Shown here: piece by piece, positions 39,713 through 49,995 of the stretch
Layout: every line of letters starts with the position of its first letter
Numbering within the stretch: position 1 is the first letter of the stretch
Source: a virus
Taxonomy: Duplodnaviria > Caudoviricetes
DNA: 64,000 bases
Virus record (IMG/VR): IMGVR_UViG_2657245113_000001
Location: 123-64,122 of that record
Strand: one strand, 5' to 3'
Notes under the pieces: model-generated
Databases searched by the model: none
What the model saw: only the letters and a program-made list of their open reading frames with translations
Told to the model about the DNA's origin: nothing
Position numbers and translations under genes: made by a program

Positions 39713-40951
39713 TCAGTTAACAGGCGCACAGTAAAGATAACCAGCTGTGTAAGTTGCGTAAAAACCACCAACACCGACAACCACATAGTTGGCAGGGCAT
39801 CGCCCCCCATCTCCTACATAGACATGTATCGCAGCATCAAAGTTGATGTTCATACCGCCAGAACGCCACGCTCCTGATTGGCAGAAAAGCGCCCCACCAG
39901 TATTTGACCGCCCAATAAGCCCATTAGGTGAACAGGCTGCGCCAGATACAGCAATCCCATTTATCTGAACATATTCATCTGATGTGATACGTCCTGTCGA
40001 CTGGATATAACCAGAATAAACACGCTTACTGTTGATATCTGCAGTCGTATTGATATTGCCGGTTGCGTTAATCACATTATTAACCTGAACAACACCACCA
40101 TAGGTTGAAGCACCACTGACCGATAAGGTAGATCTTACTTCTACAGGGCCAGTCAAAGTCGAATTCCCTATAACGGTTAAGGCACCGCCAACATTGGTTG
40201 ACCCTGTCGATTTTAATATCTCAGCCATCACAGTGCCTGCAGCGGTAATATCTTTGGCATTTTTAATATTTTTGCCGCCCATATTCAGATCTCCCGTCAT
40301 TGGCAATGTGCCATCACGGCGCAGATAAACCGAATACATTGATGAATCATAGCCCACACGATAGGCCAATAAACCTTCTGTAGTGATATTGCTGTAGTCA
40401 GATGATTTTTCATTCCATTGACCACCATAACCAGAAGCTACAGTGGATGATCGGGTCATTCCGCTGTCTATTCCTGCCGATTGCATCGCTTTACCAAGGA
40501 GGTCATAGCGAACTTTTCCTCCTTCATTCCATATTGCCGTTGTCATAACAAGGCCATTGATCACATAGTTAGGAGCAATACCTGAACGTTTCAATAAAAT
40601 CTTATATGAAGATTTATTGGCATTCATCCCGGTATAACTAACAGGCAATAGTCCTTCATTAATTAATGTCTGATAAGTGATTTCACAGCCATTGGATGAA
40701 CAAACTCTTGGCCCCGGATCATTGGATTGACTGGTGCTGCTTGTCAGGGTTGAAAGCTTGTCATATCGAATACTGATATAGCGATTAACCGCTTCACCAA
40801 CTTGCTTTATCTGCGCTCCTACCGTATTAGCTATAGCAATTTCTTGCTCATTTTTCATATCCTGAAATTTAATAAATGCCATTGCAGTGCCAACTCCTAA
40901 AACCAATACCAACTCTAATAAGGAAAATCCTTTTTTATATTGTTTAATCAT
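39713..40951 (-). CDS. pilV: PilV-family type IV pilus tip adhesin
   Basis: Prepilin site KKG/FSLLE, shufflon-N-type body, YLRRDG, C..NG.I......L.CQSG.W. Confidence 0.85.
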   Translation of the reverse strand: MIKQYKKGFSLLELVLVLGVGTAMAFIKFQDMKNEQEIAIANTVGAQIKQVGEAVNRYISIRYDKLSTLTSSTSQSNDPGPRVCSSNGCEITYQTLINEGLLPVSYTGMNANKSSYKILLKRSGIAPNYVINGLVMTTAIWNEGGKVRYDLLGKAMQSAGIDSGMTRSSTVASGYGGQWNEKSSDYSNITTEGLLAYRVGYDSSMYSVYLRRDGTLPMTGDLNMGGKNIKNAKDITAAGTVMAEILKSTGSTNVGGALTVIGNSTLTGPVEVRSTLSVSGASTYGGVVQVNNVINATGNINTTADINSKRVYSGYIQSTGRITSDEYVQINGIAVSGAACSPNGLIGRSNTGGALFCQSGAWRSGGMNINFDAAIHVYVGDGGRCPANYVVVGVGGFYATYTAGYLYCAPVN

Positions 40952-41145
40952 TTTTACGTCCTTTTTATTTTCACGTAATCATTAATTAACAAAAATAAAA
41001 AAGAGGTCAAGATGAATAAAGGATATTTTTAACATAGCGGAATAAAGAAATAGGCTACCGCGCCTTACTGGGCTTGCTTAACAGTTCACCGGCTTAAAAA
41101 CAAGTTTTAAACCGGTTCACCGTTCCGACGTGAAATAAAATGATC

Positions 41146-41430
41146 TTAGAATTTAGATTTATTAATGATAGTATCAAGATAAATCTGACCTCGTTCACGA
41201 TAGTTTTCAATGTCATTCTCATGAAGAGAGTAAATATCCAGCAGGATACCAAACACTAATTTCTTATCTACTTGACTAATATCACATCCTAAAACTTTAG
41301 CAATCTCTGCGCCTAAAATTATTTTCTGTCGTGTATTTAATTTTTTATCGTCTTTTTTCTTTTTAGATTCCAAAAAGTAAAGCCGTTCTTGTGCTGTTGC
41401 GATTTGTTGTTTAATTGTCTTTTCTGTCAT
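41146..41430 (-). CDS. TraD/MobC-like relaxosome accessory protein
   Basis: TRQKIILGAE motif; divergent from relaxase. Confidence 0.65.
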   Translation of the reverse strand: MTEKTIKQQIATAQERLYFLESKKKKDDKKLNTRQKIILGAEIAKVLGCDISQVDKKLVFGILLDIYSLHENDIENYRERGQIYLDTIINKSKF

Positions 41431-41439
41431 AAATCCCCC

Positions 41440-41706
41440 TTAGTATTTATTTTTATTTCTATAAGGGATATTCACACTTTCATGATCAGAACTCAGTTGT
41501 TTCTTTATTGATTTTATCTTCAATCGAAACTTACTTTTATCTTGTCTCTCTTTTGCTTTTTCCCTTATATATATTATTGTTTTTTCTGCTTCTAAATAGG
41601 CTTTTTCAAAATCAGTAAAGATCCCGTCATCAAGCAGCCTTTTGGCTTCCAAATCGATAGCCTCATCGTTTTTTTTAAACATATATGCCCCTTGTATTTT
41701 ACTCAT
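41440..41706 (-). CDS. Hypothetical protein (mob region)
   Basis: Basic ORF co-oriented with TraD-like gene. Confidence 0.55.
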   Translation of the reverse strand: MSKIQGAYMFKKNDEAIDLEAKRLLDDGIFTDFEKAYLEAEKTIIYIREKAKERQDKSKFRLKIKSIKKQLSSDHESVNIPYRNKNKY

Positions 41707-42224
41707 TTTTATTCATTAGCATATTTACAATAAAAATCAATATCATAAATAATATTTATTTCACTATCCATAAGCTCAATAGTCCGATATTAATTCCCCA
41801 CATTATTGCATTAACACCAAGTAAAATTAATGCTACGTCGTCCAGCTCACCAAGTCTCATATTATTTCCTTTTATATCTTCTCTTTATTACTTACATCAT
41901 ATTTATTTAAATAACAAATTATTGGTAATACTAACTACCATTAATCCGCCATGAAACGTATTTATGCAACACAATTGTAGGTAATAGTTATTTACAAAGC
42001 CTCTTACTCACCACGTTACTTAATTTGTCCCATTACTGATTTTATTTTTATAGCCTAATAAATAACTCGTCTTGTCCTTCGGGCATTCATTGGAAGCCAT
42101 CTAATAATATTAACGGATGAAATCTTCCTTTAATCTATATTGCGCCGCTTAATTCGGCGTTTTGTTCTCTCTTTATTTACAGTCTTTCATATTAGTTGTA
42201 TTAATTAATAAGGAGAGCTTTTAC

Positions 42225-42262
42225 ATTGTTATCAAAACAATGCCCACTTATACACTCACTTC
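42225..42262. other. Putative MOBQ oriT
   Basis: Inverted repeat CATTGTT...AACAATG abutting GCCCACTTATA (reverse TAAGTGGGC resembles the MOBQ nic TAAGTGCGC) upstream of relaxase. Confidence 0.55.
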
Positions 42263-42384
42263 GTGAGCGTGTGGGGTCTACCGACGGTTGCCTGCCGCAG
42301 GCTAAAAGAAAAACCAAGGTCAAAACAAAATTTTTTCTTACGAAAAACTAACAGCAGCATAGTTATATTTAAGGTTTGTATTTT

Positions 42385-43776
42385 ATGGCGATATTTCATC
42401 TGGAGTTTAAAATTGTGAAACGTTCTGAGGGTATGTCTTCCTGTAGAAAGGCGGCTTATCATGCGCGTTGCAAAATAACAGATAATCGCACTGGTGATAC
42501 TTACGATTTCAGCCACAGAACAGATTTATTTCATCATCAGATATTAGCGCCAGTTTCTGCACCGGCTCATATTATTGAAAGCTCAACAACTTTATGGAAT
42601 GAAGTCGAAAGAGTTGAGCGCCAGAAAGACGGTCAGACAGCCCGTTATTTTGATGTTGCTATTCCCTGTGAGCTAAACGACGAGGACAAAATAAAACTGG
42701 TGTTGGAATACTGCCAAAATAATTTTGTCGATAAGGGAATGATTGCCGATATCGCTTTCCATGATCTGGACAGTAATAATCCCCATGCACATGTGATGTT
42801 GACATTAAAGCCAATTACGGCTGAAGGCTTTGGCAAAAAGGATAGAAGCTGGAATGAGAAGAAAAACGTTATCCTATGGCGTGAAGCGTGGTCTACCCTC
42901 ACCAATGGTTATCTTGAAGCCGCTGGCACTGAAGAACGTATTGATCACCGTTCTATTGATGCTCAACACAGTGAAGCCTTGGAAAATGCCGCTATTACCT
43001 TGGATGTTGAAGACAAAGCGTTATGGCTTGCTAAGGCAACGTTAACCAGTCGTCCCCCGATGCAGCGTATTCACCGTGCTAAGTGGAACAACAAGAGTGT
43101 TCAGGAAAACCGTGCTGCTGAACAGGCTGTTCGTGATGAGATGAAACAGGAAGCTCAGGTCACCTACCGAACCTTTAAAGATCTGGACCAACCGATCATT
43201 GTTGACCTCAGAAGCTTCACCGTGTCCGAGCTGCCTGAGCCTGTTGAGTTCGTATTGCCTGAAACGGGTTCGCAGTCATCTTCAGAAGACCAACAGCCTG
43301 TTCTGGTTGCCCCTGCACCTCATACCCGTACTAAATTGAAAACCCCATCCTCAGCAAAAACCAGAGCAGGTAAACATGCTCCTGTTAAGTCTAAGAAAAA
43401 ACAAGTTGAACCTCGTCAGGATGGCATCTTCAAGCGTTTTACTCTGTTGGTCGTGGATTTCTTCAAGGAGAAATTTGTCTGGGCCAAGAAGAAACCTATT
43501 CCCCCTGACGTTGAGCACGATAAGCGTATTGCTGAAAACTACGTCTTTGATGAGGTGCTGGGTATCTATGTTCCACGCGTTGAGTATGAAAGACGTGTAA
43601 GGTTTAACAGTGATGATTACAAGCCTACCAAGGAAGAGATCACACGTTTTCCAAGTCGTCCGGTTAAGCCAGCGCAGCCTGATAGCAATCTTGACTACAT
43701 ACCAACACGGTCTACTAACAGGAAAATACCCAAACTGGAATTTAGATCTGAATACCGTTCCAATAAAAGAGATTAG
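42385..43776 (+). CDS. mobA: MobA/MobL (MOBQ) relaxase
   Basis: MAIFHL, AAY, LWNEVE..E, HD....NPHAHVM, RIDHRS. Confidence 0.92.
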   Translation: MAIFHLEFKIVKRSEGMSSCRKAAYHARCKITDNRTGDTYDFSHRTDLFHHQILAPVSAPAHIIESSTTLWNEVERVERQKDGQTARYFDVAIPCELNDEDKIKLVLEYCQNNFVDKGMIADIAFHDLDSNNPHAHVMLTLKPITAEGFGKKDRSWNEKKNVILWREAWSTLTNGYLEAAGTEERIDHRSIDAQHSEALENAAITLDVEDKALWLAKATLTSRPPMQRIHRAKWNNKSVQENRAAEQAVRDEMKQEAQVTYRTFKDLDQPIIVDLRSFTVSELPEPVEFVLPETGSQSSSEDQQPVLVAPAPHTRTKLKTPSSAKTRAGKHAPVKSKKKQVEPRQDGIFKRFTLLVVDFFKEKFVWAKKKPIPPDVEHDKRIAENYVFDEVLGIYVPRVEYERRVRFNSDDYKPTKEEITRFPSRPVKPAQPDSNLDYIPTRSTNRKIPKLEFRSEYRSNKRD

Positions 43777-43944
43777 ATCTTTTTTTACTTAAATTAACAG
43801 CACAACTTACCAGTTTCAATTTCATCATAATAATTTCACTTCAAATGATTTTATTGTTAATTTATTTTTTTATAAAAAAGCATTGAGAAAGACATTTTGT
43901 GGTGTTAAATAATTACCTACACCCTCTTCAGATTCCAGATTCAA

Positions 43945-45231
43945 ATGCCACATAAAAAAAACATTGCGGATACAAATATGAAACACTCTAAGATAAAAAC
44001 AAAAAAACTATGTTTCGTAATAATGGGGTTCGGGAAGAAAACCGATTACAAATCAGGTAAAACATTAAATTTGGATGCCACTTATTATGAAATAATAAAA
44101 CCAGCTGCTGAAGAATGTGGGATTGAATGCATAAGAGCTGATGAAATTAGTCATTCCGGGTCTATTGATAAGGAAATGTATAGAAAATTGCTTCTTGCTG
44201 ACATTGTAATTGCTGATATCTCAACTAACAACGCTAATGCATTATATGAACTTGGTGTACGCCATGCCTTAAAGAAAGGGACAACAATAATAATGTCTGA
44301 AAAAGATGGAGATCTATACTTTGATCTTAATCATACAGCGACTTTGATTTATGAGCACTTAGGTGAAGATATTGGCTGTTCTGAGGCGAGAAAGAAAAAA
44401 GAAGAATTGAAAAGTCTGATATTTACTGCTTTACAGGAAAGTAAAACCGACAGCCCAATATATACATACCTTCCAGATTTAAAAACACCAACACTTAGTG
44501 AAGAAGAAATTAAAGAAATTATTGAAGAGTCTAAAGAATCCGAGAAAGAATGGTTTGAAAGTTTCAATCAGGCTGAATCTTTTCTTCGAGATGGCAATTT
44601 CTCTGAAGCGAAAAAAAATTACAGTCAGGCTCTTGAATTAAGACCACATGATGATTATCTAATTCAAAGATTAACTTTATGCACCTACAAGGATACTTCC
44701 GAAGGTATTAGCCCCGTAATGGCATGTTTTGAAGCAATGACAATCCTATCTGTTCTTTCGCCTGATACCAGCAACGATCCAGAAACAACCGGTTTAGCAG
44801 GAGCTATAAATAAAACAATTTGGCGTGAAATAACTGACGTAGCATTTTTGGACAAAGCAATAAGTTTATATGACCGTGGTTTTACAATTAAAAAAGATTA
44901 CTATAATGGCGAAAACCTTGCTATTTGCCATCATGAAAAAATGGAGTATCTTAAGACAACAAACTCAGATAAATCATCCAAAGAAATCTCATACCATGAA
45001 GTCAGTGTTGAAATGATTTTTAACTCTGTCTTAAAAATTACAGAAGAAATTATCAACTCCAACAATTTCGATGATAGAAATGATAAGAAATGGATATTTG
45101 CATCAGCTTCTCAAGCAGCTAATTACCTTGATTACCCTGATAAATCAATATCTTACTTCGATAAATTCAAAGCATTCTGTGATAACACATGGGATGTTGA
45201 AACCTTTCAGAAAAATAAAATAAGGAAATAG
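43945..45231 (+). CDS. NDT/deoxyribohydrolase-like domain + TPR (DUF4071 / MAP3K TRAF-binding-like) protein
   Basis: CFVIMGF, RAD, ADIVIADIS..NAN.LYELG.RHA; DPET.GL.G.I.K, AI..Y.RGF, YYNGENLA. Confidence 0.8.
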   Translation: MPHKKNIADTNMKHSKIKTKKLCFVIMGFGKKTDYKSGKTLNLDATYYEIIKPAAEECGIECIRADEISHSGSIDKEMYRKLLLADIVIADISTNNANALYELGVRHALKKGTTIIMSEKDGDLYFDLNHTATLIYEHLGEDIGCSEARKKKEELKSLIFTALQESKTDSPIYTYLPDLKTPTLSEEEIKEIIEESKESEKEWFESFNQAESFLRDGNFSEAKKNYSQALELRPHDDYLIQRLTLCTYKDTSEGISPVMACFEAMTILSVLSPDTSNDPETTGLAGAINKTIWREITDVAFLDKAISLYDRGFTIKKDYYNGENLAICHHEKMEYLKTTNSDKSSKEISYHEVSVEMIFNSVLKITEEIINSNNFDDRNDKKWIFASASQAANYLDYPDKSISYFDKFKAFCDNTWDVETFQKNKIRK

Positions 45232-45235
45232 TCAG

Positions 45236-45649
45236 ATGACAACAAAAAATTACACCGTATTCGTTAGCCACTCATGGGATTATGACAAGCAATTGAGTAA
45301 TCTGAAAAGTCTCATTGAAAAAAACAGTACTATAACTATCGATTATTCAGAAGTGACCGTTGATGCACCTATTGATTCAGAAGATAGTGCCTATATCCGA
45401 AGAGTTTTAAAAAATAGGATTACTTCCTCTGATGTTTTTTTAGTTATGGCTGGAATGTATACTTCCTATAGTGATTGGATGCAATGGGAAATTGAAACAG
45501 CTAAAAAAAATAGCATACCAATTATCGCAGTTAAACCAAGAGGAGCTGAACGCATTCCATTAATAATTCAGAATAATGCTGATGTAATTGTTGGCTGGAA
45601 TTCAAGCACTATTGTCAAAAATATTATCGAAGCTATCGAAAATTATTAG
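45236..45649 (+). CDS. TIR-like protein (DUF1863/ThsB-type)
   Basis: VFVSHSW, S.W..WEIE.A (catalytic Glu), PIIAV. Confidence 0.85.
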   Translation: MTTKNYTVFVSHSWDYDKQLSNLKSLIEKNSTITIDYSEVTVDAPIDSEDSAYIRRVLKNRITSSDVFLVMAGMYTSYSDWMQWEIETAKKNSIPIIAVKPRGAERIPLIIQNNADVIVGWNSSTIVKNIIEAIENY

Positions 45650-45663
45650 AAATAGATATTCTT

Positions 45664-45689
45664 TAATGGGCCTTCGCAAGGCCCATTAA
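45664..45689. terminator. Bidirectional terminator between convergent operons
   Basis: TTAATGGGCCTT-CGC-AAGGCCCATTAA. Confidence 0.75.
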
Positions 45690-45701
45690 GATGCTACAAA
45701 T

Positions 45702-45977
45702 CTACATACTTCGCCTGAAGACAACATTATCAGAGAAGATCGCCTTGCCAGCTATAAAAGCCACAATAAAAATTATTGGCAGACTGATAGTAGCACCTGC
45801 TATGCTTGTAGACATTCCGATCAGGATAGACAGGCCGAAAGACAGTAAGATAGCTACGGCAGCGTACCATTGTGGAAAGGCTCCATATAAAACAGTCGCC
45901 ATGCAGCCAGTACAAACGTGGACACCGCGCTGGCTTTCCTTCAAGCAAAAAGGACACTGGATAGTTTTGTTTTCCAT
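45702..45977 (-). CDS. Zn-ribbon + 2-TM small membrane protein
   Basis: CPFC...C.GC followed by two hydrophobic helices. Confidence 0.7.
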   Translation of the reverse strand: MENKTIQCPFCLKESQRGVHVCTGCMATVLYGAFPQWYAAVAILLSFGLSILIGMSTSIAGATISLPIIFIVAFIAGKAIFSDNVVFRRSM

Positions 45978-45986
45978 AATAGCCTC

Positions 45987-46541
45987 TTAGTTAGCCTGCC
46001 AGCCGTTATTGGTTTTCACCAGAACAATTTTGGCTTCTTGTGGTTCAACCATCCCCTTGACGCCAGAGAACGCATTTTTATCAACCCACCCCGGAACACC
46101 GTCGAGTCTCCACGTATAAGTCACTTGTGTGATTTTAGCGCCATTACCATCACTCGGTTCAGTCCAGCTTGTGATCTCTGCGACAGCCCGATGACCGACA
46201 CAAGCACCTTCCTCACGGTCCCAAAACTCAACCTCTTGACCTTTGTCCGATACTTCCAGAACATCAACACTGCTAAAGCCGTTGGACTGTTGTGAAACAT
46301 TGAGCAGCCCTTGTTCAACAAGTCCTTTAAGGATTTCATCACTGGCACTGTATCCGGCAGAACGGTAGCCATGATTAACCTTTACTGGAAAACCTTTGTT
46401 GAATGCAAAATCATTGTTCTGTAGTGAGTAGCACAGCTTTGATTGTGAAATTTTCGCGTTGACCGCTTTCTCAAAATTGCCTTTTTCACCGCAACCGGAT
46501 AATAGAGCCGCGAGACCAACAACGAATAAAAAATTACGCAT
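45987..46541 (-). CDS. Lipoprotein, hypothetical
   Basis: Lipobox LSGC. Confidence 0.75.
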   Translation of the reverse strand: MRNFLFVVGLAALLSGCGEKGNFEKAVNAKISQSKLCYSLQNNDFAFNKGFPVKVNHGYRSAGYSASDEILKGLVEQGLLNVSQQSNGFSSVDVLEVSDKGQEVEFWDREEGACVGHRAVAEITSWTEPSDGNGAKITQVTYTWRLDGVPGWVDKNAFSGVKGMVEPQEAKIVLVKTNNGWQAN

Positions 46542-46556
46542 AGATTTAATCCTTTA

Positions 46557-47138
46557 TTAATGACTGATAGTGCCGTCTTTGAGGACAACGAGACGAACCG
46601 GCATATCAGCATTGTTTACCGTAGTGAAACCACGAACTTCGAAATTATTGATAGTCCCAGTAATGCTGATCTTCTGACCCTTCTTGTAAGTCAGAACAGC
46701 ATCATCAAGGCCAGAGTAGTAATTGATCCACACCATACCGCCGCAATAGCTGGTATCTGATGTTTTGAAGAGCAGGTAATAGTTGGCATGAGCGGCTTTT
46801 GGCATACCATTGAGCATATCGCTGGCACTCCTGCCTTTAGTGACTTCAAGAACAGTTGCATTAGCAATTGAGATCCGTTTACCCGTCCAGTTCTTTTCTG
46901 CTGCCATTGCATTTTCTTCATAGTCCTTACAGACAGGACCAAGGCCAGCAACTGAGGATGCCGGGCCGGTATCTTGTTTTGCTGTGGAAAGACCTAATGC
47001 GTTATCTACTGTTCCGTTCAATGAGGATAACGAGGTATTAATCGCCCCATTGACCTTATTCACGCCTTCATTAAGTTGCTGGCACCCTGATAAAGCTATA
47101 ACCGTCAGTGCCAGCGATAGCGCAATGCTTTTACTCAT
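46557..47138 (-). CDS. Lipoprotein with tRNA_anti-like OB fold
   Basis: Lipobox LSGC; Y.EN..AA...W.GK.I and KKGQKISITG patterns. Confidence 0.65.
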   Translation of the reverse strand: MSKSIALSLALTVIALSGCQQLNEGVNKVNGAINTSLSSLNGTVDNALGLSTAKQDTGPASSVAGLGPVCKDYEENAMAAEKNWTGKRISIANATVLEVTKGRSASDMLNGMPKAAHANYYLLFKTSDTSYCGGMVWINYYSGLDDAVLTYKKGQKISITGTINNFEVRGFTTVNNADMPVRLVVLKDGTISH

Positions 47139-47613
47139 ACACACCCTCGAAAGAAGTCAGTTTGAGAGGATAAAGGCCGTTCCGGCACCAATAAGATGGC
47201 TCTATACGAGGCATCGATTGATACGAAGGAACAAACCAACTTTTTAACCAATTGATAGGATTAAATTATTTTTGTTTTTCGTCATATCGTTTGTAACGAT
47301 CAAAATCAAACTTATGATAGGAATAACCTATCATGCATTAACTATCGATCGTTTATATCAATTAAAAGCTCGATCAATAAGAGCTGATTAATCGACAAAA
47401 ACTATCAATATTGATTTATAGATCGTTTTAATCGATCATTTTGTTGCTATATCGAGAGTGGATGAGTAAAGTGAGCTGAAACTCAGAGAGCGATTTAATG
47501 GCTGTTTGAGTAAAACAGATGAAAAAATTCATCTGACAATATGTAGTTATTCATGCAATATCAGGGAAAGTTTTAACAACTTAAAGATCATGATTTATAT
47601 AGTGACTTAATAA

Positions 47614-48322
47614 TAAATATCCTCCGGCATAGCCGGAGGTTTTTCATATGCGCCTATAAGGCTCTGTTGCCAGCCGCGCCCTAACAGGCGCATCGCGATC
47701 TGACATTTGCATTTATGGATTACTTACGGCCCGTAAACGGGCTGCCCGGATAGGGGATCGAGAGTTGCTCACCCATTTTATCCTCTTCCAACTGGTGCTT
47801 TATGTATTCTTGTATTCTGGCTGTATTTTCCCCAACCGTATCAACGTAATACCCTCGACACCAGAACTCCTTGTTACGGTATTTGAACTTCAAATCGCCA
47901 AACTGCTCATAAAGCATCAGGCTGCTCTTTCCTTTCAGGTATCCCATAAAACCCGACACACTCATTTTGGGCGGGATTTCCAGAAGCATATGGATGTGAT
48001 CCACACAGCATTCTGCTTCCAGAATATTCACGTTTTTCCATTCGCACAGCTTTCTTAAGATACTGCCTATCGCTTTGCGCTTTTCCCCGTAGAACACCTT
48101 TCTTCGGTACTTCGGCGCAAAAACTATGTGATATTTACAGTTCCATCGCGTGTGCGCTAATCTCTTTTCGTCCCTCATAGGGACCCCCTTTTGATTTCTT
48201 GTTGAACATTTGCAGTGGCCAGACCGCAAACTGTTTTAACAAATCAAAAGGGGTTTTTATAACTGGCTCAAAGCTGAAAGCTTTACGGAACCTCCAGCCT
48301 AGCTGGAGGTTTTCTGTGCACA
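47614..48322 (-). mobile_element. IS200-family element (IS1541-like)
   Basis: Terminal hairpins CCTCCGGCATAGCCGGAGG and CCTCCAGCCTAGCTGGAGG; about 709 bp. Confidence 0.92.
47720..48178 (-). CDS. tnpA: IS200 Y1 transposase
   Basis: YHIVF.PKYRR, DHIH, FW.RGYY, YI..Q. Confidence 0.95.
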   Translation of the reverse strand: MRDEKRLAHTRWNCKYHIVFAPKYRRKVFYGEKRKAIGSILRKLCEWKNVNILEAECCVDHIHMLLEIPPKMSVSGFMGYLKGKSSLMLYEQFGDLKFKYRNKEFWCRGYYVDTVGENTARIQEYIKHQLEEDKMGEQLSIPYPGSPFTGRK

Positions 48323-49083
48323 ACAAGAAAGGCCAGCATCAGACTGGCCTTATTAAACTAAGAGATGTTTCAATTATTTCCTCCTCAAATCTGAGTTTTA
48401 TCTAAGTATTTTATATTCTTCATCAATATAAAACATTACAAAAGCACTGCAAACTAAATGCATTGAGTGATTTATATTCATTGATATTTTTATCTTTAAA
48501 TTTAACACCAAGTTTTAGAAAAAATTTTCCTGATATCATTGTTCTCTTCGTTTTAGTAAAAAATTATTGAGACCTTTTTTGAAAACATCTTTATCTTATG
48601 AGCTAATGCTCATGGTGCTGTCGCACGGCTACGCCCCAACGATGATATCAAAATTGTTTTCTTCACTCGGTGAAGTAGTTTGCATCTATTTCAATGCTAA
48701 ATATGAAGGTAAGTGGAACAACAGTGAAAAAATAGTATTATTATCAATGAAATATGACTCTTAATCCCATATATCGGAAAATATCAATTGATAGCAGCGC
48801 TTTGTGATTGTCATTAACAATCACTCTGCTGTGAGGAGCTTGCCTCCGATAATGATGGATTTATCCATAAAAAATCGCGGCGTAGCCGCTAATACAATGA
48901 CACGGAAAAACAAATTAACAGAACGTCATTGGGTGCCATTTTATTCGGCACTCGATAAATAAAAAGAAAAGCCCGTCATCTGTTATAAAAATCTAGGGCG
49001 AACGCCCAATCCTCTTAGTTCTTATATTTCTTATACTTCTTAAGGGAAAATAACTCATTTAGTAACAATAAGTTAGAAGTCTA

Positions 49084-49180
49084 TTTTCTTCGTTATTGTA
49101 GATCTTTCTTCACGATTGTAGATTTTTCTTCGTGATTGATGGTGATTACTTCATTATTGATGGTATTTACTTCATTACTC
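49084..49180. repeat. Five ~20-bp iterons upstream of rep
   Basis: TTTTCTTCGTTATTGTAGAT, CTTTCTTCACGATTGTAGAT, TTTTCTTCGTGATTGATGGT, GATTACTTCATTATTGATGGT, ATTTACTTCATTACTC. Confidence 0.8.
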
Positions 49181-49274
49181 CTATAAAAAATGAAGATAAA
49201 ACTTCAAACTATATTTGACATTTCTGTTAATAATATTATATAGATTAAAACATAATAATAAAAAGGAGCATTCC

Positions 49275-49781
49275 ATGGCTGGAAAAACATTTAACCAAAA
49301 CCCATTTATTTTCGAAGATGACATTGAAATAGAAACCAGAGGCCGAAAAAGAACTGTGGCGCGTGGAGAGAAGTTTCAAACACCCGAAGGTGATAAATAT
49401 GAAAAAGTCATCCACTCGATACAAGAAGTGGATAAAGCCAAGTTCGTAAAAATATTTATATCACGAGTCCGGGTATTATTTGATCTAACTCTTACCGGCA
49501 ACAAGCTTTTTTATATTTTTATGTTCGTGATGTCTGACGTCATTGGTAAAGATGAAGTCTATATGAACTTTGAAAAAGCAAAATACATTGCAGCTCAATG
49601 TGACTTTAATTTATCTAACCCTGTTTACTATAGGGGCATCAAAGAACTTATTGATAAAAAGATCATCGCACCAAGTAAATCAAAATATATCTATTACATT
49701 AATCCTGCGGTTCTTTTTAATGGTGATAGAGCCAAGTTTATTGAAGAGATTAGAGTCAAGGAAGAAAAAAAGCTGAAGTAA
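49275..49781 (+). CDS. RepL-like wHTH replication protein
   Basis: FVKIF, Y.GIKELI.K.II, YYINP.VLFNGDR; AAGGAG RBS. Confidence 0.75.
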   Translation: MAGKTFNQNPFIFEDDIEIETRGRKRTVARGEKFQTPEGDKYEKVIHSIQEVDKAKFVKIFISRVRVLFDLTLTGNKLFYIFMFVMSDVIGKDEVYMNFEKAKYIAAQCDFNLSNPVYYRGIKELIDKKIIAPSKSKYIYYINPAVLFNGDRAKFIEEIRVKEEKKLK

Positions 49782-49995
49782 TATGTATTAGCTCAGACCT
49801 GAGCTGACAGTTTTCTCTGGCAGAACGCAAACAAATCTGACAGTCTGCTTTGAGCGAGGAGCGGCTGTCTCTGGTATGCTTAATAAAAATCCTAACAGAT
49901 ATACTCGGATAACTTTTTTTTGAAATTTACTTGTAAAGAATCATTAAATAATGCCGATAATGAAGATTAACCTATAAAAAAGGAATATGTAATTT

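Noticed and set aside
39400-39900. Active shufflon
   Set aside because: Only one degenerate sfx-like site, no inverted partner segments and no Rci recombinase.
41089-41115. Second oriT (CCGGCTTAAAA...TTTTAAACCGG inverted repeat)
   Set aside because: No adjacent nic-like sequence; more likely a terminator or protein-binding palindrome.
49084-49180. CRISPR-like array
   Set aside because: No spacers and no cas genes; adjacent to rep, so iterons.
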